A DNA stretch of 64,000 nt from Lama glama (Eukaryota): positions 32,862,001-32,926,000 of the forward strand of contig CM052816.1 of assembly GCA_028534125.1 (NCBI GenBank). The letters run 5' to 3'. The translations under genes were made by a program, and so were the position numbers. The notes below the pieces were generated by a model. It was not told the origin of the DNA, did no database searches, and saw nothing but the letters and a program-made list of their open reading frames with translations. This document shows positions 59,487 to 64,000 of this stretch, in pieces. Each line of letters opens with the position of its first letter. The stretch's first letter is position 1.

Positions 59487-62400
59487 TGGAGTTTTTTTTT
59501 TTAACAATTCTATATCAAATAACACCAAGCTATTTTACAGCAGCTAAAACTAAAGGCATCTGGAAATACTGAATGCATATAAGTGAAGAATCTAAAAACA
59601 AATTACAAGGTATAGTACAGTGTTAAGTGGCAACTTAAAAATGAGATTTTAATACAGACAGTAGAACAATACTGACAAATGCCAACTTAGTCACATGTGC
59701 TTCAATAACTGACAGTACATTCAGGTGGCTTAAAAATGGCACATTTTCAAATAGGAAACTAAAGTCTCATGCAAAGTAAATTAAGTCTTGACAATATATC
59801 TAAAAACTTATTAGGAATAGAAAAGAAGTGAACATGTTTCACCCTATTTGCACTGGGTTCAAAGAGAAGCAGATTATCAGGGGCACCCACTTGCTTGGCT
59901 GTCCTGATGGGAGCACTATAAGTGAATACTATGCGTTCTACAAACAGAACCTTTTCCACATGGATTAGATTTGCAAAAAAGTGCAAAGGTGAACTCTAGA
60001 GCCAGAATAACTAAGCAGGTCATTAGTGTCAGGGAATTTTGTCTCCAGCTTGCTCTGTCCTGCTGAGCTGACACTTGAGATGATGAGTGATTCTGTAGCT
60101 GCCTTGACTCCAGCAGAATCACACTCAGATGCCATATCTAGACAATCTAACCCTTCACCAACAATGTAACAGTTGTCTGTACGTGAGACTGTCTTTCTCT
60201 GCACAAGAATTAGCAAAACAGGAATGCGTGAACAGCTGCTATTCAACTTGTACCCTTTTCCACTTTAGTATTTTAACAGCCACTGAAGGCTCAGCGATGC
60301 TATGGAGGCTAAAGCCAGCATTATACTCACTGATAATTCTGGAGGCAGTTCTAAAAACTCGGTGCTTGGCAGCCTAAGGTATACGTACATCTATTAGTGA
60401 ACTCAGATGTAGTTAGACAGTAACTTCAGAACGAGACAGGTTCAGAGCTAACTTCAGCCCAGCTTATCAGTCAGTGTGTGCAGCAAAGGCATAATTTGTG
60501 TTTGGTAGCTAGTGATGCGTCTACAAAGTAGTGCCCAGCAAGCCTCACTGAAAGGTAGTATCATTTCTCGTCAAATAGGCCATTTCATTGGAGAAATAGG
60601 AAAATAATTGCTGTGATTTTTTCATAATTTTTAGTGTTTTTACAAAACTGTCAATACAGGAAAAAAAAAGTTACACGAAAAAAAAAGTTACTGATGCTCC
60701 TTCCCACCCCCCTAAAAAGAAAACACAACCTTTACAATCCTATGTGATGTACCCTAATTAAATTCAGTTCAGAAATTTCATCAGAATTCTCCCCCCTTTG
60801 ATCTCTAAAAACTAATTAAAGCTATTAGTTGCATCTAGAAATACGTGTAGCTGTAAACTTAGCACGATCTTTTCACTTTATATAGTTTGATGGATGGGAT
60901 ATACTCCCAGCTCTGCATTAGCAAATAGTTTAAAGCTTTGAGTTAAAATACTTGATAGAATTTAAAAAATAACTGCAGGATAGGGAACAATTCATGCCAG
61001 TGACATAGGCAGTCTGGCCCAGATGGGTAAACTGAAGCATTTTTTCATTTAAAATAATGTAATTTGTATACGGCTGGGAGCAACAAACTTTGCAGTAATT
61101 TCAGATTTTACTGTTCTCATCCTTAAAGAAAGCCTTACTGGCTCTAGTTGGGACTGCCTCCCTGGAGTAGGAGCACGTCCGGTTGTCTAAGGTCCCTGTG
61201 AAGTATCGCTGTAGGCGCAGAGGAAGACTTGGTAAGAAGTCTATGCATCATCTCAAAGGAGAATTAAGCAATTATGTTTAACTGGCACTTACTTTTTTAT
61301 TATCCTAACATTCCAGTTTCAGGCAACGTGGATATTAACTTCAGGATCCCGAAGTGCCAACGTGAACATGAAACAGGTGAGTACCTGCATTGGCAACCAG
61401 GATACATCTAGCGCACGCGTGAGGTCGGGAGGGCACGATAAATCCTCGCTGTCTGATCACATAAGATACTTCTTCATAAATAACTTCCAGTGTTACTTTC
61501 AAGGGGGAATCTTACTGGGAATCTTACCGCCTACACGTCCGTGGCAGTTTGGTAGCTGGTGCTCATGAGATTGGGCAGAACATCACATCCAGTTGGTGGG
61601 CCCACATGTTGATGGCACTCCAGCTACAGACAGAAGTCTCTCTTATGTTGAGATTTTTGCCTCAGTTCCATAGTGGGAGATTATACTCCAAGGGAACTGT
61701 GAAATGGGTTCTCATGCTCATTTCTCTAGAAGCCAAAGATTGAACTCTGAACGGTGAAGGTAACTGCCTAAAAGGGGTAGCCACCTGGGGGAACGATTGA
61801 AACAGTTAACCTTGTACGAGTTATAATCAGGATCACTGTTTACCTCTGATGCAAGATGTTAATATAACCAGCTCCTATTTAGAAAGAACATTCAGGTTAG
61901 GAAAAAGGAAAATGATCCAGGCACCTGCAATCATTTATTTAACCGACGTGGTTTTAGTAAGCCCCGCGGTTAGCATAATAACCAAGTGCCTGTTGGTTCC
62001 CCTTCAGCAAGGACAGTTAGGGAATATGTGAAAAATACAATGAAAGGAAATGAACTGTATTGAATAGCTTTTATTCTACACATTTATGAAAGTAACAGTT
62101 TTGCCTGGGAAATAGTTTTCACCCAACCACCACCTATCTGAAAAAGTATTATGTTGAAGTATAAACTCAAAATGAGGCCAAGCAGGATCAGTAATACTAG
62201 GGTCCTAATGGAGGAGCCGAGCCCTCCCAGGTCTGGAGAAGTTCCATGACGCTAGGAGAGCGGCTTGTTTTCACTTGCAGCAAGAGGAAGAGGAGTAGAC
62301 AGAGGTCAGCAGACAAGATTTTACTCCTGCGCCAGCTATGCTTTTCAGTGGGGGTGAAAATGAAAACTGTCCGATTGTTTTGATGCCTGTTCAGCCACAC

Positions 62401-64000
62401 AAGAGAAGGCCATGAACGGATCCCTACTCTGCACAGCCTGGTTTGCTCGGGGAGGACGTTTTCCCTGGGAAAACTGATCTCATCTGTTAAACCTTTTTTT
62501 TTGCACACACTTTTCAGCCAAAATATTAAGTCTATTTTTACTCTTGGGATAAAGTCCAGTAGATTTGTAACAGACAAGCCAGTGGGTACTTTGACAGTGA
62601 TCAAAGCACGCGAAAGCCGGCCCTTTCACACTGATACCAGTTGATTTTTGGGGGAGGGGGAGAAGATGGGGGCAGCCTCCCTGCTGGCCGGAGCAAAAAG
62701 GGTGGTTGCTTTGCGGATAGAACTGCTCTGCCTTCTAAGGTCGGGGCTAGAGTGCCCTTCCTGCCTCGTGTAGAAGGCTGAGGACAGATCTTTACCTCAC
62801 GGACACGGGGACGTGAAAGTAGGGACCTGATCATAAGCCGAGATGTGACACTGGGCCCCGTTTCTCCTAGAGGACTTCGGGTGGTCTTCAGGTGCTACAG
62901 AATGAATGGTAAGTAGTCCTTTGAAATCCATCTGTCAAGGTAGAGCAATGACGTAAGAAGGGAAGAACAAAGTGAAAAGTGAAACAGGAAAGATTAAAAA
63001 AGGAATAATGAACTTAAGGTGGAAGACCTTCCTGAAAGAATTCAGGTACTTCGGTCCTGCCCAGTCCTGTCAGCACTGCTTGAGATGTCACCTGTTTATG
63101 TCACCTGTTTAAGCACCATCTGCCAACCGTCCCCATGTCTCGGGGGGATAAAAAAAGGAGGCCTCAATGACCATTCCTTCGACCCCTGCCCTTTGTAACA
63201 GCAGGAGTGAAGTCGCAAACTGGTGCTGCAGGAGCAATCTTTTAAATAGGTGGGTTCAGCCTGCAAAACATGATCTAGTCAGCTCCTGCCTCTTGCCCTT
63301 AGACAGACAGAAGCAGGTCCACAGCTCACGTGGACGAGCTCTGATCCATGTAGCACAGTGGCTGTGTAGTGCCCTGGGGTGCAGGAGAGGGCTAATGCAC
63401 CTCTGCTCTGGAAGAACCACCAGACGACAGTCTAGGTCCCTTACAGGTATCAACAGGATTCTCCCTGTGCCAAGCCTTGGCTCTTAAAAAGCTCCACCAG
63501 GGGAGGAGGAAATCCCAGTCAGAAGAGAGCTCCCTTCCCAGCCCTGCCTCCATGAGGAGAGGTGAGGAACTTCCATTCTCCTGTCCAGAGCTGTTCAGGC
63601 CCCACTGCTCTGCCTGTAGCTTCAGCGTTTCTGGGGCTATATAGCTAACAGCCCTGAGTGACAGCCTGTATCTTGAGTTGACACGTGAGACCTGAAAAAC
63701 CAAAGCCTGGTTCCACTAAACAAATGGGCAGTTCTGCTCGATGCTGAGCCTTGACCACCGCCCCCACCCCAGGTCAGGAAAGAGAAGCTGGGGATGCCAG
63801 TGAGAAGGTTGCTGCCCACCAAAAAGAGGGAAAAGGAATGAGAAATCTTTAAGAAAACATCTGCTGTGGATTATCCCACCGCAGCACCACCTCCAGAACA
63901 GAAGAGGGGGGAGAGTGACAGCCAGTGCTGAGAGCAGAAGCGAGGCCCGCGGAGCCCGGCGCACGTGGCCGTTCCCACGCTGTCCACCGCCGGGACGGGA

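Larger units (their letters stand above)
50555..59510 (+). other. DCP2: Long DCP2 3' UTR (distal end inferred)
   Basis: AT-rich and almost free of recognisable interspersed repeats. Candidate poly(A) signals at 50976, 51171, 52088, 58568 and 59481. Mammalian DCP2 is known to have a multi-kb 3' UTR. Confidence 0.65.
59410..64000 (-). other. MCC: Probable 3' UTR of MCC (coding exons lie outside the window)
   Basis: Inferred from known tail-to-tail DCP2/MCC synteny, repeat-poor UTR-like sequence and minus-strand AATAAA at 59430-59435 and 62070-62075. No MCC coding sequence is visible. Confidence 0.55.

Overview
Mammalian genomic DNA, probably a camelid judging from a Vic-1-like tRNA-derived SINE. 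The window holds the complete DCP2 gene (mRNA decapping enzyme 2, Nudix family) on the + strand. DCP2 has a CpG-island promoter at about 9.9-10.5 kb, 11 coding exons (10274-50554) that splice into a 1269-nt, 422-aa ORF, and a long 3' UTR that probably reaches about 59.5 kb. The main structural points are: (i) intron 2 is a U12-type AT-AC minor intron and intron 10 is a GC-AG intron; (ii) an upstream out-of-frame ATG opens a 71-codon ORF overlapping the DCP2 start; (iii) a TPD52L2 processed pseudogene lies in sense orientation just before exon 2; (iv) convergent poly(A) signals at about 59.4-59.5 kb suggest that the DCP2 3' end overlaps that of a minus-strand gene, by synteny probably MCC; (v) the 500-N gap is flanked by an exact 199-bp duplication and is probably an assembly artefact. 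The rest is typical interspersed repeat (L1, L2, MaLR/ERV LTRs, DNA transposons). I found no evidence for a wholly new biological system. The best leads are post-transcriptional control elements on the DCP2 transcript itself.
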